The translations under genes and the position numbers were made by a program. Positions 62,339-64,000 of a stretch of DNA of 64,000 nucleotides are shown piece after piece. The stretch comes from a virus. Every line of letters starts with the position of its first letter. The first letter of the stretch is position 1. Below the pieces are notes generated by a model, which was given only the letters and a program-made list of their open reading frames with translations, had not been told where the DNA came from and did no database searches. The DNA lies in IMG/VR virus record IMGVR_UViG_3300045988_161114, positions 120,640 to 184,639 of that record. The stretch is one strand, 5' to 3'.

Positions 62339-62465
62339 GAGGGGTTAGTTTAATCGGGAAAACATTATTGGGAATTTTACAATTTTGTCCCTTATTGGAA
62401 TGCAGTAAGATTTACATTTCACGGCTAATGAAAAGATGTAGGTTCGAGTCCTACACCCCTTACCA
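62339..62465 (+). tRNA. tRNA-shaped gene C carrying the conserved inserted module (anticodon loop atypical)
   Basis: gaggggt ta gttt-aatcggga-aaac a [module 62373-62416] tttca-cgGCTaa-tgaaa agat gtagg-ttcgagt-cctac acccctt a cca. Position 33 is G rather than U. The nominal anticodon is GCU but there is no long variable arm. Confidence 0.5.
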
Positions 62466-62485
62466 AAACAAAAATAGAGACTTCT

Positions 62486-62647
62486 ATGAGAAAATTTAAT
62501 AAGCAAACTATATACAATAGTAATGGATCATTTGTTATGAGTGATACTCAAAAACATAATGTTAAAGTTGGTGGCTATGTATGGAATGCATGTTTCCTAA
62601 TTTTATTTGCCGCTAAAGTTTTCGGCTTTGCAACATATTCTTGGTAG
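62486..62647 (+). CDS. Small membrane protein (53 aa), frame continues past an in-frame TAG to 62755
   Basis: ATG 62486...TAG 62645-62647. The same frame stays open for 35 more, hydrophobic codons and ends in a TGA that overlaps the next ATG. Confidence 0.5.
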   Translation: MRKFNKQTIYNSNGSFVMSDTQKHNVKVGGYVWNACFLILFAAKVFGFATYSW

Positions 62648-62751
62648 GTTGTATTTTCTCCATACCTAATTTTATTGGGTTTAGTTTTACTTATTTTGTT
62701 TGTCTGGTTTATAGCAGCAGTAGCTATTATTGCTGGATCAGGTAGCAGACA

Positions 62752-62967
62752 ATGAAAAAATATTCTTTCTCATATAGATTCGATAATAAAGACTGGACAA
62801 TTAGTATTTATGCTGATAGTGAAAAAGAAGCCAAAAGAAAATTTTGGGCTTTAAAAGAAAATGGCAAATACGATGGTGAGATCGTTTGTAAAATCAATGC
62901 TACAAAGCAATATAATTTTATCAAATCTATTTATCAAAAGATTAAAAATGTATGGAACTCAAACTAA
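62752..62967 (+). CDS. Hypothetical small protein
   Basis: 71 aa. Confidence 0.6.
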   Translation: MKKYSFSYRFDNKDWTISIYADSEKEAKRKFWALKENGKYDGEIVCKINATKQYNFIKSIYQKIKNVWNSN

Positions 62968-63036
62968 TATTAAAAATCAGATATTAGTCCCTGAGTCTAT
63001 ATACATGGGTGTTTACCATCCATGCTCTATTTAAAT

Positions 63037-63128
63037 GCGCTCATAGTTTAATTGGATAAAACAACTGGTTTCTACCCAGTATCCCGTCGAAGGGCTAGTT
63101 CCGGGTTCGAGTCCTGGTGGGCGTGCCA
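63037..63128 (+). tRNA. tRNA with UCU anticodon (nominally Arg) and a class-II-like long variable arm
   Basis: gcgctca ta gttt-aattggat-aaac a actgg-ttTCTac-ccagt atCCCgtcgaaGGGctagtt ccggg-ttcgagt-cctgg tgggcgt g cca. Confidence 0.7.
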
Positions 63129-63149
63129 AATTTATTTCCGAGATACACA

Positions 63150-63353
63150 ATGAAATATTTCAATTGTTTTGTAAAATATGCTATTAGAGAAGAACATACT
63201 ATGTTTATTCAGATGTCAGAGGGATGTATGAATAGCCCTTGTATTGGTGATATTAATAATGCAATTAGAAAAAAGATTGCAGATAGGCATTATGGCGATG
63301 GCGAATCTGCAAAAATACTTGAAGTAAATATTCTTGGTCAATTTGAGATTTAA
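63150..63353 (+). CDS. Hypothetical small protein
   Basis: The ATG at 63150 was chosen because the track GTG start overlaps the tRNA 3' end. Confidence 0.55.
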   Translation: MKYFNCFVKYAIREEHTMFIQMSEGCMNSPCIGDINNAIRKKIADRHYGDGESAKILEVNILGQFEI

Positions 63354-63520
63354 GTTAACAACTCCTCTACCTTTACCCATCTATGTGTTGGGAGTAATAA
63401 GGGTAGAGGCTATCGGATAAGCCCTACCAATTTTCATATTATATATATACTTAATTAATATATTAGAAGTTTCACTTCAAATTTTGATTTGGTAGGCAAC
63501 ATTACAGTCTTTCTTTCTGA

Positions 63521-63592
63521 AGAACAATAGCCTATGTTGGATAGGGCAGCGGAGGTGTCCGCGTATCGTTGGTTCGATTCCAATTTGTTCAA
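63521..63592 (+). ncRNA. Anticodon-less tRNA-like RNA
   Basis: agaacaa ta gcct-atgttggata-gggc a gcgga-GGTG-tccgc gtatc gttgg-ttcgatt-ccaat ttgttca a. The anticodon arm is a 5-bp stem capped by a tetraloop. There is no CCA. Leader and trailer pair (63510-63520 with 63596-63606). Confidence 0.5.
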
Positions 63593-64000
63593 ATATCAGC
63601 AAGAAAACTTATTGTAGGAATCCTGACTATTAAAGTGGTTTGGGTGCTTATTAATATTGTTATTCAAGTTATGGATTCCTACAATTTAAGAATCCCTATG
63701 TCCATTAGGTTAAATGGCTGACTTAGATTGGTTCAAAGCAATCAATCCTGTTGCAGCGGTATCTGTACGTTGGGAACTTTCGATAATAGCTCTGGTCTTT
63801 TTGCGTGTGGAATTCCTTAATAAAACGCGCCGAACCGACAATGAGATATAATATTCGGATAGGCTTAGCTTTTGACTATGAAGAGTGATGTCTTCGGAAC
63901 GTAAAAGCATCTGCGCTGTAAAAGTATGCAGAGTGGTAAGTGCTTGAGAACTTACTGCTGTGTATATTTTAAGAATCCCGCGAGTCTTCGGTTAATGACT

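Noticed and set aside
62417-62433. tRNA C as an amber suppressor (CTA within cggCTAa) explaining the in-frame TAG at 62645.
   Set aside because: The only good 5-bp stem (tttca/tgaaa) places GCT, not CTA, at positions 34-36. Shifting the register destroys the stem.

Overview
The window is visibly AT-rich and gene-dense. It reads like part of a large, probably jumbo-class, lytic bacteriophage of a Gram-negative host. I saw no rRNA, CRISPR array, integrase or transposase.

Layout:
1. 0.1-6.3 kb: a minus-strand block with an intein-bearing protein, membrane/coiled-coil proteins and Gly-zipper proteins. It is separated from the next block by a ~0.8 kb ORF-free structured stretch and a textbook sigma70 promoter.
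2. 6.7-24.6 kb: a plus-strand block. It contains a 1116-aa single-chain two-barrel RNA-polymerase-like protein and about 30 small ORFs, punctuated by 16 copies of one conserved stem-loop + T-tract element. It is interrupted by a 1.3 kb AT-rich, ORF-poor region with inverted iteron-like repeats.
3. 24.8-26.2 kb: an RNA island with a circularly permuted (two-piece) tmRNA gene and a ~0.75 kb highly structured ORF-free RNA.
4. 26.2-41 kb: a Bfd-like ferredoxin, a SleB-like lysin, a second 1128-aa RNAP paralogue, a four-gene paralogue array, RNase HI, a metallophosphoesterase, a YadA-type trimeric autotransporter, and duplicated small cassettes.
5. 41-58 kb: a counter-defence / RNA-repair block. 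It holds a CPR-like domain, an AAA+ ATPase, a Prs-like + NAMPT-like pair (the latter split by a LAGLIDADG intein), a TilS-like PP-loop enzyme, a lambda-type phosphatase, two RNA ligases, an NTase-fold protein, Pnkp and a ThyA homologue.
6. 58.8-64 kb: a tRNA/ncRNA island around a Ro60/TROVE-vWA gene. It holds a tRNA(CAU) with an Azoarcus-like group I intron, tRNA-Pro, three tRNA-shaped genes carrying one conserved covarying ~42-nt inserted module, a tRNA(UCU) with a long variable arm, and an anticodon-less tRNA mimic.

Limits: all RNA coordinates were folded by eye and may be off by a few nt. Protein calls rest on recognised motifs only, with no database search.
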